From Escherichia coli (GTDB lineage Bacteria > Pseudomonadota > Gammaproteobacteria > Enterobacterales > Enterobacteriaceae): a DNA stretch of 64,000 nucleotides. A program made the position numbers and the translations under genes. The stretch is taken from the NCBI RefSeq assembly GCF_030013595.1, contig NZ_CP122768.1; one strand, written 5' to 3'. This document shows, in pieces, positions 9,048 to 18,229 of the stretch. The notes under the pieces are model-generated. The model had not been told where the DNA came from and did not search any database. It saw nothing but the letters and a program-made list of their open reading frames with translations. Within the stretch, counting starts at the first letter, position 1; the number at the start of each line of letters is the position of its first letter.

Positions 9048-10714
9048 ACTTTTCTCCCTGCGTGTTGATCCCCTGCTACAACCACGGCGCGATGATGCCG
9101 GGCGTGCTGGCGCGTCTTAAGCCATTTAATCTGCCCTGTATTGTGGTGGATGACGGCAGCGATGCCGCCACGCAACAGCAACTGGATAATCTGGTTAGCG
9201 AACAGCCTGGCGTGACCTTAATTCGCCTGGCAGAAAACGCAGGTAAAGGCGCAGCGGTGATGCGTGGCTTGCAGGCAGCGGCAGACGCAGGGTTCAGCCA
9301 TGCGGTGCAGGTGGATGCTGACGGTCAACATGCGATTGAAGATATCCCCAAACTGCTGGCACTCGCTGAACAACACCCTGTGGCGCTGATCTCCGGTCAG
9401 CCAATTTACGATGACTCCATTCCCCGCTCACGGCTGTACGGGCGCTGGGTCACCCACGTCTGGGTATGGATCGAAACGCTCTCCCTGCAACTGAAAGACA
9501 GCATGTGCGGTTTTCGCGTTTATCCGGTTGCGCCGACGCTGCAACTGGCAAAACGCGCCACCATCGGCAAGCGGATGGATTTCGACACCGAAGTGATGGT
9601 GCGCCTCTACTGGCAGGGAAATACCAGCTATTTCGTGCCGACCCGCGTCACCTATCCACTGGACGGGCTTTCGCATTTTGATGCCCTGAAAGATAACGTC
9701 CGCATCTCGCTCATGCACACGCGTCTGTTTTTCGGCATGTTGCCGCGTATTCCTTCACTGCTGATGTGCCACTCTTCCAGCCACTGGGCGCGGCAGAGTG
9801 AAGTTAAAGGGTTATGGGGAATGCGCCTGATGCTGCTGGTCTGGCGTCTGCTGGGAAGAACGGCGTTTACCGCGCTGCTTTACCCGGTGGTTGGCGTCTA
9901 CTGGCTCACCGCTGCTCGTGCGCGTAAAGCGTCGCAAGACTGGCTCGCCCGTGTGCGCCAACAACAACCACAGGCAGCAAAAATCAACAGCTATCAGCAC
10001 TTTCTACGTTTCGGCAACGCCATGCTCGACAAAATCGCCAGCTGGCGCGGCGAGCTGCAACTCGGGCGTGATGTGCTGTTTGCGCCAGGCGCAGAAGCGG
10101 CGCTTGACGTCCGCGATCCGCGCGGCAAATTGCTGCTGGCCTCACATCTTGGCGATGTGGAAGTGTGCCGGGCGCTGGCAAAAATTGAGGGCTACAAAAC
10201 CATTAACGCGCTGGTGTTTAGCGAAAACGCCCAACGCTTTAAACAGATAATGCAGGAGATGGCTCCCCAGGCAGGCATTAACCTGATGCCGGTAACAGAT
10301 ATCGGCCCGGAAACCGCCATCCTGCTGAAAGAGAAGCTGGATAACGGCGAATGGGTGGCGATTGTCGGTGACCGCATCGCCGTCACCCCGCAACGCGGCG
10401 GCGACTGGCGCGTCTGCTGGAGTCCGTTTATGGGCCAGCCTGCGCCCTTCCCACAGGGGCCGTTTATTCTCGCCTCTATTTTGCGCTGCCCGGTGAATCT
10501 GATTTTCGCCCTACGCCAGCACGGCAAGCTGCATATTCACTGCGAAACCTTTGCCGACCCGCTGCTGTTGCCGCGTGGCGAACGCCAACAGGCGCTGCAA
10601 AACGCTATCGACCACTACGCCGCGCGTCTGGAACATTACGCGCTCCAGTCGCCCCTCGACTGGTTTAATTTTTTCGATTTCTGGCAACTGCCGGAAATTC
10701 AGGACAAGGAGTAA
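9038..10714 (+). CDS. Fusion protein: family-2 glycosyltransferase N-terminal domain plus lipid-A-type (LpxL/HtrB-like) acyltransferase C-terminal domain
   Basis: N-terminus CVLIPCYNH...VVDDGSDAAT...VQVDADGQH (GT2 DxD-type motifs); C-terminal about 330 aa with membrane anchor and acyltransferase-like region. Confidence 0.7.
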   Translation: MSVNFSPCVLIPCYNHGAMMPGVLARLKPFNLPCIVVDDGSDAATQQQLDNLVSEQPGVTLIRLAENAGKGAAVMRGLQAAADAGFSHAVQVDADGQHAIEDIPKLLALAEQHPVALISGQPIYDDSIPRSRLYGRWVTHVWVWIETLSLQLKDSMCGFRVYPVAPTLQLAKRATIGKRMDFDTEVMVRLYWQGNTSYFVPTRVTYPLDGLSHFDALKDNVRISLMHTRLFFGMLPRIPSLLMCHSSSHWARQSEVKGLWGMRLMLLVWRLLGRTAFTALLYPVVGVYWLTAARARKASQDWLARVRQQQPQAAKINSYQHFLRFGNAMLDKIASWRGELQLGRDVLFAPGAEAALDVRDPRGKLLLASHLGDVEVCRALAKIEGYKTINALVFSENAQRFKQIMQEMAPQAGINLMPVTDIGPETAILLKEKLDNGEWVAIVGDRIAVTPQRGGDWRVCWSPFMGQPAPFPQGPFILASILRCPVNLIFALRQHGKLHIHCETFADPLLLPRGERQQALQNAIDHYAARLEHYALQSPLDWFNFFDFWQLPEIQDKE

Positions 10715-10717
10715 AGG

Positions 10718-11140
10718 GTGCTTAACGATCCCCGATTTACCGCTGAAGTCGAGCTGACCATTCCCTTTCACGACGTCGATATGATGGGCGTGGCCTGGCA
10801 CGGTAACTATTTTCGCTACTTTGAAGTGGCCCGCGAGGCGCTGCTCAACCAGTTCAATTACGGCTATCGGCAGATGAAAGAGTCCGGTTATTTGTGGCCA
10901 GTGGTCGATGCGCGGGTGAAATATCGCCACGCCCTCACCTTTGAGCAACGCATCCGCGTGCGTGCGCATATCGAAGAGTTCGAAAACCGTCTGCGGATTG
11001 GCTATCAGATTTTCGATGCCGAAACGGGCAAACGCGCCACCACCGGATACACCATTCAGGTCGCAGTCGACGAGCAAAGCCGCGAACTGTGCTTTGTCAG
11101 CCCCGATATTCTGTTTGAACGCATGGGAGTCAAACCATGA
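10718..11140 (+). CDS. 4HBT-type acyl-CoA/ACP thioesterase (hot-dog fold)
   Basis: 140-aa ORF with GTG start; resembles YbgC/4-hydroxybenzoyl-CoA thioesterase family. Confidence 0.7.
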   Translation: MLNDPRFTAEVELTIPFHDVDMMGVAWHGNYFRYFEVAREALLNQFNYGYRQMKESGYLWPVVDARVKYRHALTFEQRIRVRAHIEEFENRLRIGYQIFDAETGKRATTGYTIQVAVDEQSRELCFVSPDILFERMGVKP

Positions 11141-11742
11141 AATTTTTACCGCTGCTGGCGCTGCTGATTAGCCCGTTTGTGAGCGCCCTGACCCGGGACG
11201 ATCTTCAGCAACGCTTTACCGAACAACCGGTGATCCGCGCCCATTTCGATCAAACCCGGACGATTAAAGATCTGCCGCAGCCGCTGCGATCTCAGGGTCA
11301 GATGTTGATCGCCCGCGACCAGGGGTTATTGTGGGATCAAACCTCACCGTTCCCCATGCAACTATTACTGGACGATAAACGCATGGTGCAGGTGATCAAC
11401 GGTCAGCCGCCGCAAATCATCACGGCAGAAAACAACCCACAGATGTTCCAGTTTAACCACCTGCTGCGCGCGCTGTTCCAGGCCGATCGCAAAGTGCTGG
11501 AACAAAACTTCCGCGTCGAATTTGCCGACAAAGGCGAAGGCCGCTGGACGCTGCGCCTGACGCCGACCACCACGCCGCTGGACAAAATTTTCAACACCAT
11601 CGATCTCGCCGGGCAAACCTATCTGGAGAGCATTCAGCTTAATGATAAACAGGGCGATCGCACCGATATCGCTCTTACCCAACATCAACTGACACCAGCG
11701 CAACTGACCGATGACGAACGCCAACGCTTTGCCACCCAGTAA
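11137..11742 (+). CDS. LolA-like outer-membrane lipoprotein carrier protein
   Basis: 201-aa ORF with signal peptide; LolA-like by recall of family features and position beside the MMPL exporter. Confidence 0.65.
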   Translation: MKFLPLLALLISPFVSALTRDDLQQRFTEQPVIRAHFDQTRTIKDLPQPLRSQGQMLIARDQGLLWDQTSPFPMQLLLDDKRMVQVINGQPPQIITAENNPQMFQFNHLLRALFQADRKVLEQNFRVEFADKGEGRWTLRLTPTTTPLDKIFNTIDLAGQTYLESIQLNDKQGDRTDIALTQHQLTPAQLTDDERQRFATQ

Positions 11743-14029
11743 ACGCCCCGCGCTGTTATGGGGGCTAGTCTGCCTGGTCATGGCGGCGGCGTTGCTGATC
11801 CTGCTGCCACAATCACGACTGAACAGTAGCGTGCTGGCTATGTTACCCAAACAGGCGATGGGCGATATTCCTCCGGCGCTGAATGACGGCTTTATGCAGC
11901 GTCTGGACCGCCAACTGGTGTGGCTGGTCAGCCCCGGTAAAGAGGCTAATCCCAGGGTGGCTCAGGAGTGGCTGACGCTGCTGCAAAAATCCGCTGCGCT
12001 CGGCGACATTAAAGGGCCAATGGATGCCGCCAGCCAGCAGGCGTGGGGAGCGTTTTTCTGGCAGCACCGCAACGGCCTGATTGACCCCGACACCCGCGCC
12101 CGCCTGCAAAATGGCGGCGAAGCGCAGGCGAAGTGGATCCTCTCCCAGCTTTATTCTGCGTTCTCCGGGGTAAGCGGCAAGGAGCTGCAAAACGATCCGC
12201 TGATGTTAATGCGCGGCTCGCAGCTGGCGATGGCGAAAAATGGCCAGCGTTTACGACTAATGGACGGCTGGCTGGTGACGCAGGATCCCCAGGGCAATTA
12301 CTGGTATCTGCTGCACGGCGAACTGGCGGGATCGTCGTTTGATATGCAGCAAACCCACCAGCTCATCACGACCCTGAATACGCTGGAAAAGGCTCTGAAA
12401 ACGCGTTACCCGCAGGCGCAGTTGCTCTCACGCGGCACGGTGTTTTACAGCGATTACGCCAGCCAACAGGCGAAGCAGGATATCTCCACCCTGGGCGTGG
12501 CAACGCTGCTGGGGGTGATATTGCTGATTGTGGCGGTGTTCCGCTCTTTGCGCCCGTTGCTGCTTTGCGTGATTTCCATCGGCATCGGCGCGCTGGCGGG
12601 AACGGCCGCCACATTGTTGATTTTCGGTGAATTACACCTGATGACGCTGGTGATGAGCATGAGCGTTATCGGCATTTCCGCTGACTACACGCTCTATTAT
12701 CTCACCGAGCGGATGGTGCACGGCAACGACGTTTCGCCGTGGCAAAGCCTGGCGAAAGTACGCAATGCCCTGCTGCTGGCGCTGCTCACAACCGTGGCGG
12801 CATATCTGATTATGATGCTCGCCCCCTTCCCCGGCATTCGCCAGATGGCGATTTTTGCCGCCGTCGGGTTGAGCGCCTCTTGTCTGACCGTCCTGTTCTG
12901 GCATCCGTGGCTGTGCCGTGGTCTGCCGGTGCGCCCGGTTCCGGCGATGGCGCTGATGCTACGCTGGCTGGCAGCGTGGCGGCGCAATAAAAAACTGTCG
13001 CGGGGTCTGCCCGTTGCGCTGGCGCTGTTTTCGCTGGCGGGGATGTCAATGCTGCGCGTCGATGACGATATCTCGCAGTTACAGGCGCTGCCGCAGCACA
13101 TTCTGGCGCAGGAGAAAGCCATTACCGCCCTGACCGGACAAAGCGTCGATCAAAAATGGTTTGTAGTTTACGGCGACTCCCCACAGCAAACATTGCGGCG
13201 ACTGGAGAAATATACCGCCTCACTTGAGTATGCGAAAAAAGAGGGGCTTATCAGCAACTACCGCACTATTCCGCTGAACTCCCTGGCGCGGCAGGAGGAA
13301 GACTTAGACCTGCTGAAAACGGCTGCCCCGACGGTAACAAAAGCACTGCAAAATGCAGGGCTGACGGCGGTGAAACCAGATCTCAACGCCATGCCGGTGA
13401 AGGTCGATGAATGGCTGGCAAGCCCCGCCAGTGAAGGCTGGCGTCTGCTGTGGCTGACGCTGGAAAACGGCGAAAGCGGTGTACTGGTGCCGGTTGAAGG
13501 GGTTAAAAGTAGCGCATTGTTGCAGGAAATCGCCAGCTATTACCCTTGCGGCATTGCCTGGGTTGATCGCAAAAGCTCCTTTGATGAATTGTTCGCACTT
13601 TACCGCTACGTCTTAACCGGCTTGTTGCTGGTGGCGCTGGCAGTGATTGCCTGCGGCGCAGTGGCCCGTCTCGGCTGGCGCAAAGGGCTTATCAGCCTGG
13701 TGCCTTCGGTGCTTTCGCTGGGCTGTGGTCTGGCGGTGCTGGCGATGAGCGGGCAGGCGGTGAATCTCTTTTCGCTGCTGGCGCTGGTGCTGGTGCTTGG
13801 CATCGGTATCAACTACACGCTGTTTTTCAGTAATCCGCGCGGTACACCGTTAACTTCGCTACTGGCGATCGCGCTGGCAATGCTCACCACCTTGCTGACG
13901 CTGGGAATGCTGGTATTCAGCGCCACCCAGGCCATCAGCAGTTTTGGCATTGTGCTGGTGAGCGGTATTTTCACCGCCTTCCTGCTTTCGCCGCTGGCTA
14001 TGCCCGATAAAAAGAGAACAAAAAAATGA
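11711..14029 (+). CDS. MMPL/RND-superfamily membrane exporter
   Basis: About 770-aa ORF with two blocks of transmembrane helices separated by soluble domains; exact start codon uncertain. Confidence 0.8.
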   Translation: MTNANALPPSKRPALLWGLVCLVMAAALLILLPQSRLNSSVLAMLPKQAMGDIPPALNDGFMQRLDRQLVWLVSPGKEANPRVAQEWLTLLQKSAALGDIKGPMDAASQQAWGAFFWQHRNGLIDPDTRARLQNGGEAQAKWILSQLYSAFSGVSGKELQNDPLMLMRGSQLAMAKNGQRLRLMDGWLVTQDPQGNYWYLLHGELAGSSFDMQQTHQLITTLNTLEKALKTRYPQAQLLSRGTVFYSDYASQQAKQDISTLGVATLLGVILLIVAVFRSLRPLLLCVISIGIGALAGTAATLLIFGELHLMTLVMSMSVIGISADYTLYYLTERMVHGNDVSPWQSLAKVRNALLLALLTTVAAYLIMMLAPFPGIRQMAIFAAVGLSASCLTVLFWHPWLCRGLPVRPVPAMALMLRWLAAWRRNKKLSRGLPVALALFSLAGMSMLRVDDDISQLQALPQHILAQEKAITALTGQSVDQKWFVVYGDSPQQTLRRLEKYTASLEYAKKEGLISNYRTIPLNSLARQEEDLDLLKTAAPTVTKALQNAGLTAVKPDLNAMPVKVDEWLASPASEGWRLLWLTLENGESGVLVPVEGVKSSALLQEIASYYPCGIAWVDRKSSFDELFALYRYVLTGLLLVALAVIACGAVARLGWRKGLISLVPSVLSLGCGLAVLAMSGQAVNLFSLLALVLVLGIGINYTLFFSNPRGTPLTSLLAIALAMLTTLLTLGMLVFSATQAISSFGIVLVSGIFTAFLLSPLAMPDKKRTKK

Positions 14030-14610
14030 TCAAATCCACATTCTGGCGAGCGTTCGCCCTGACCGCTACGCTTATCCTCACCGGCTGTAGCCACTCGCAA
14101 CCAGAACAGGAAGGCCGCCCGCAGGCGTGGCTGCAACCTGGCACGCGCATCACGCTGCCGGCACCAGGGATTTCACCCGCAGTCAATTCGCAGCAACTGT
14201 TGACCGGCAGCTTCAACGGCAAAACCCAGTCGCTGTTAGTGATGCTTAACGCCGACGATCAGAAAATCACCCTTGCCGGGCTGTCGTCGGTCGGCATTCG
14301 CCTGTTTCTGGTGACCTACGATGCGCAAGGGCTACGCGCCGAGCAATCCATCGTCGTCCCACAGTTACCGCCCGCAAGTCAGGTACTGGCTGACGTGATG
14401 CTCAGCCACTGGCCGATTAGCGCCTGGGAGGCGCAACTTCCCGCAGGATGGACACTTCGCGACAACGGTGACAAACGCGAGCTGCGTAACGCCAGCGGCA
14501 AACTGGTCACGGAAATCACCTATCTGAATCGCCAGGGAAAACGCGTGCCAATCAGAATTGAGCAGCATGTCTTTAAATACCACATCACCATTCAATACTT
14601 AGGTGAATGA
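14026..14610 (+). CDS. Lipoprotein of unknown function
   Basis: 194-aa ORF with lipobox LTGC; ATGA overlap with upstream exporter gene. Confidence 0.65.
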   Translation: MIKSTFWRAFALTATLILTGCSHSQPEQEGRPQAWLQPGTRITLPAPGISPAVNSQQLLTGSFNGKTQSLLVMLNADDQKITLAGLSSVGIRLFLVTYDAQGLRAEQSIVVPQLPPASQVLADVMLSHWPISAWEAQLPAGWTLRDNGDKRELRNASGKLVTEITYLNRQGKRVPIRIEQHVFKYHITIQYLGE

Positions 14611-14611
14611 T

Positions 14612-15781
14612 ATGATTTATATTTCCGCCGTCGGCATGATCAACGCCCTGGGAAATAACCTTGACGAAATCGCAGCCAACCTGGCTCGCGGTGTCGCCCC
14701 CGGCATGCGCCCACGCGCAGGCTGGTTGCAGGGGCATCCGCAGGCGGTCCTGGCTGGCGTGGATGGCGAGCTTCCGCTTATCCCGGAAAAATTCGCTGCG
14801 CATCGCTCGCGCAACAATCAGATCCTGCTGGCGGCGCTGGCGCAGCTCCAGCCGCAGGTTGATGACGCTATCGCGAAATATGGCTGCGAGCGCATCGCGA
14901 TTGTGCTTGGCACCAGCACCTCCGGCCTGCATGAAGGCGACACGCACGTTAACCTGCACACCCACGGGCAGCCGAGCACCACGTGGCACTATGCACAACA
15001 AGAACTCGGCGATCCGTCGCGTTTTCTCAGCCACTGGCTGGCGCTCGACGGCCCGGCTTATACCCTTTCAACCGCCTGCTCCTCCAGTGCCAGAGCAATG
15101 ATCAGCGGGCGCAGGCTTATCGAAGCGGGGCTGGTCGATGCCGCCATTGTGGGTGGCGCAGACACCCTGAGCCGAATGCCGATTAACGGTTTTCACAGCC
15201 TCGAATCGCTCTCGCCAACCTTATGTCAGCCGTTTAGTCGTGACCGCGCAGGTATCACCATTGGTGAAGGGGCGGGGCTAATGCTGCTGACCCGGGAACC
15301 GCAGCCCATCGCGTTGCTGGGCGTTGGTGAATCGAGCGACGCTTACCATATTTCAGCCCCGCATCCGCAGGGCGAAGGAGCGATCCGCGCTATTAATCAG
15401 GCGCTGACCGATGCGCAGCTTACGCCGGATGACGTCGGCTATATCAACCTGCACGGCACCGCCACACAGCTCAACGACCAGATTGAATCAATGGTGGTTA
15501 ACGCCCTGTTTGGCGAACGCGTACCGTGCAGCTCCACCAAACATTTGACCGGACACACGCTCGGCGCGGCTGGCATTACCGAGGCGGCAATTAGTATGTT
15601 GATTTTACAGCGTGATTTACCGCTGCCCGCTCAGGACTTCAGCCTGTCGCCGCGCGATCCCACGCTGCCACCGTGTGGCATTATCGAAAAACCGCAGCCG
15701 CTGGCACGTCCGGTGATCCTGTCCAATTCCTTCGCCTTTGGCGGCAATAACGCCAGCATTCTGCTCGGGAGGGTTTCGTGA
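14612..15781 (+). CDS. Beta-ketoacyl-ACP synthase (FabF/FabB-like KS)
   Basis: About 390-aa ORF with KS catalytic-region motifs (active-site Cys context STACSS, HGTAT, GHTLGAAG); ATG at 14612 preceded by AGGTGA. Confidence 0.85.
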   Translation: MIYISAVGMINALGNNLDEIAANLARGVAPGMRPRAGWLQGHPQAVLAGVDGELPLIPEKFAAHRSRNNQILLAALAQLQPQVDDAIAKYGCERIAIVLGTSTSGLHEGDTHVNLHTHGQPSTTWHYAQQELGDPSRFLSHWLALDGPAYTLSTACSSSARAMISGRRLIEAGLVDAAIVGGADTLSRMPINGFHSLESLSPTLCQPFSRDRAGITIGEGAGLMLLTREPQPIALLGVGESSDAYHISAPHPQGEGAIRAINQALTDAQLTPDDVGYINLHGTATQLNDQIESMVVNALFGERVPCSSTKHLTGHTLGAAGITEAAISMLILQRDLPLPAQDFSLSPRDPTLPPCGIIEKPQPLARPVILSNSFAFGGNNASILLGRVS

Positions 15782-16242
15782 GCCACTATTTATCCCCCGG
15801 CGCTTATCTGCCCCACGACGCGCCCATGTTACTGCTGGAAGACGTGGTGAGCGTCAGCGATGACAGCGCGGTGTGCCGCGTGACGGTTTCGCCCAGTGGC
15901 GTACTGGCACCGTTTCTCGACCCGGACGGCAATCTCCCTGGCTGGTTTGCCCTTGAACTGATGGCGCAAACCGTCGGCGTCTGGTCTGGCTGGCATCGCC
16001 ACCAGCAGGGCAAAAACAGTATTGAGTTAGGGATGATACTGGGCGCGCGTGAATTGCTTTGCACCACTGGCATTCTGCCCGCAGGCCAGACGCTGACCAT
16101 TACCGTCAAACTGCTGATGCAGGACGATCGCTTCGGCAGCTTTGAGTGCAGCATCAACGACGGCGAGGCGACGGGCCGCATTAACACCTTCCAGCCGACC
16201 GCGGAAGAACTTACCACCCTGTTTCAACAAGGAGCGTCCTGA
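15778..16242 (+). CDS. FabA/FabZ-like 3-hydroxyacyl-ACP dehydratase (hot-dog fold)
   Basis: 154-aa ORF, GTG start overlapping upstream stop. Confidence 0.7.
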   Translation: MSHYLSPGAYLPHDAPMLLLEDVVSVSDDSAVCRVTVSPSGVLAPFLDPDGNLPGWFALELMAQTVGVWSGWHRHQQGKNSIELGMILGARELLCTTGILPAGQTLTITVKLLMQDDRFGSFECSINDGEATGRINTFQPTAEELTTLFQQGAS

Positions 16243-16973
16243 TGAGTCGTTCAGTTCTGGTTACTGGTGCCAGCAAAGGCATTGGTCGCGCCATCGCCTG
16301 CAAGCTTGCGGCAGACGGCTTTAACATTGGCGTTCACTATCACCGTGACGCCACAGGCGCTCAGGAAACGCTGAATGCCATTGTCGCCAACGGGGGTAAC
16401 GGGCGTTTGCTCAGTTTCGACGTCGCAAACCGCGAACAGTGTCGGGAAGTGCTGGAGCATGAGATCGCGCAACACGGTGCCTGGTACGGCGTGGTCAGTA
16501 ACGCCGGGATCGCCCGCGATGCCGCTTTTCCGGCTTTAAGCGATGACGACTGGGATGCGGTGATCCACACCAACCTCGACAGTTTCTACAACGTCATTCA
16601 GCCGTGCATTATGCCAATGATCGGCGCGCGCCAGGGTGGGCGCATCATCACGCTGTCCTCGGTTTCCGGCGTAATGGGCAATCGCGGCCAGGTGAATTAC
16701 AGCGCAGCCAAAGCCGGAATTATCGGCGCAACAAAAGCACTGGCTATCGAACTCGCAAAGCGCAAAATCACCGTCAATTGCATCGCGCCAGGGCTTATTG
16801 ATACCGGGATGATCGAAATGGAAGAAAGCGCTCTGAAAGAGGCAATGTCGATGATCCCCATGAAACGTATGGGCCAGGCGGAAGAAGTTGCCGGGCTTGC
16901 CAGTTATTTAATGTCTGATATTGCGGGTTACGTCACCCGCCAGGTTATTTCCATCAACGGAGGGATGTTATGA
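16242..16973 (+). CDS. 3-oxoacyl-ACP reductase (FabG-like short-chain dehydrogenase)
   Basis: 243-aa ORF with NAD(P)-binding TGASKGIGRA and SDR catalytic YSAAK motif. Confidence 0.9.
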   Translation: MSRSVLVTGASKGIGRAIACKLAADGFNIGVHYHRDATGAQETLNAIVANGGNGRLLSFDVANREQCREVLEHEIAQHGAWYGVVSNAGIARDAAFPALSDDDWDAVIHTNLDSFYNVIQPCIMPMIGARQGGRIITLSSVSGVMGNRGQVNYSAAKAGIIGATKALAIELAKRKITVNCIAPGLIDTGMIEMEESALKEAMSMIPMKRMGQAEEVAGLASYLMSDIAGYVTRQVISINGGML

Positions 16974-18199
16974 CACGTCGCGTAGTGATTACAGGAATGG
17001 GCGGCGTGACTGCCTTTGGTGAAAACTGGCAGGACGTTTCTGCACGCTTACTGGCGTATGAAAATGCGGTGCGCAAAATGCCGGAGTGGCAGGTCTACGA
17101 TGGGCTGCACACCCTGCTTGGCGCGCCTGTTGATGATTTCACGCTACCGGAGCACTACACCCGCAAGCGTATCCGTGCGATGGGCCGCGTGTCGCAAATG
17201 TCGACCCGTGCCAGCGAGCTGGCGTTAGAGCAGGCAGGGTTGATTGGCGATCCGATATTAACCAGCGGCGAAACGGGCATTGCGTACGGTTCATCGACCG
17301 GCAGTACCGGTCCGGTGAGCGAATTTGCCACCATGCTGACTGAAAAGCACACGAACAACATCACTGGCACCACCTATGTGCAGATGATGCCGCACACCAC
17401 CGCTGTTAATACTGGCCTCTTTTTCGGCCTGCGCGGGCGGGTGATCCCAACCTCCAGCGCCTGTACCTCCGGCAGCCAGGCGATCGGTTATGCGTGGGAA
17501 GCCATTCGCCACGGTTATCAAACGGTGATGGTTGCCGGTGGTGCCGAAGAGTTATGCCCTTCAGAAGCAGCAGTGTTTGATACCCTTTTTGCCACCAGCC
17601 AGCACAATGATGCGCCGAAAACCACACCTTCACCGTTCGATGAAAACCGCGACGGACTGGTGATTGGTGAAGGCGCAGGTACGCTCATTCTCGAAGAACT
17701 GGAGCATGCCAAAGCGCGCGGCGCGACCATTTACGGTGAAATCGTCGGCTTTGCGACGAACTGCGACGCGGCACATATTACCCAGCCGCAGCGCGAAACC
17801 ATGCAGTATTGTATGGAGCAATCGCTGAAAATCGCAGGGTTAAGCGCACAAGATATCGGCTATATTTCAGCGCATGGTACGGCGACCGATCGCGGTGATA
17901 TGGCAGAAAGTCTGGCGACAGCAACCATTTACGGTGATAATGTGCCGCTCTCCTCGCTGAAAAGTTATTTTGGTCATACGCTTGGTGCCTGTGGCGCGCT
18001 CGAAGCCTGGATGAGTCTGCAAATGATGCGCGAAGGTTGGTTTGCGCCTACGCTAAACCTGAATAAACCAGACCCGAATTGTGGCGCGCTGGATTACATC
18101 ATGCATGAAGCCCGCAGGGTTGATTGTGAGTTTTTGCAGAGTAACAACTTTGCCTTTGGCGGCATTAATACATCCATCATTATTAAGCGCTGGCCCTGA
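16970..18199 (+). CDS. Beta-ketoacyl-ACP synthase (FabB/FabF-like KS)
   Basis: 409-aa ORF with KS motifs (SSACTSG, HGTAT, GHTLGACG); ATGA overlap with reductase gene. Confidence 0.9.
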   Translation: MTRRVVITGMGGVTAFGENWQDVSARLLAYENAVRKMPEWQVYDGLHTLLGAPVDDFTLPEHYTRKRIRAMGRVSQMSTRASELALEQAGLIGDPILTSGETGIAYGSSTGSTGPVSEFATMLTEKHTNNITGTTYVQMMPHTTAVNTGLFFGLRGRVIPTSSACTSGSQAIGYAWEAIRHGYQTVMVAGGAEELCPSEAAVFDTLFATSQHNDAPKTTPSPFDENRDGLVIGEGAGTLILEELEHAKARGATIYGEIVGFATNCDAAHITQPQRETMQYCMEQSLKIAGLSAQDIGYISAHGTATDRGDMAESLATATIYGDNVPLSSLKSYFGHTLGACGALEAWMSLQMMREGWFAPTLNLNKPDPNCGALDYIMHEARRVDCEFLQSNNFAFGGINTSIIIKRWP

Positions 18200-18206
18200 G
18201 TTATAC

Positions 18207-18229
18207 AACCACATGGACATCCCATGTGG
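18207..18229 (+). terminator. Hairpin immediately after the last cluster gene (weak terminator candidate)
   Basis: accacatgg / ccatgtggt inverted repeat with 5-nt loop; no strong T-run, so low confidence. Confidence 0.3.

Noticed and set aside
10511-11850. Minus-strand ORFs of 161-188 aa overlapping the thioesterase and LolA-like genes
   Set aside because: Antisense to a tightly coupled operon in GC-rich DNA, where long spurious ORFs are expected; translations lack motifs.
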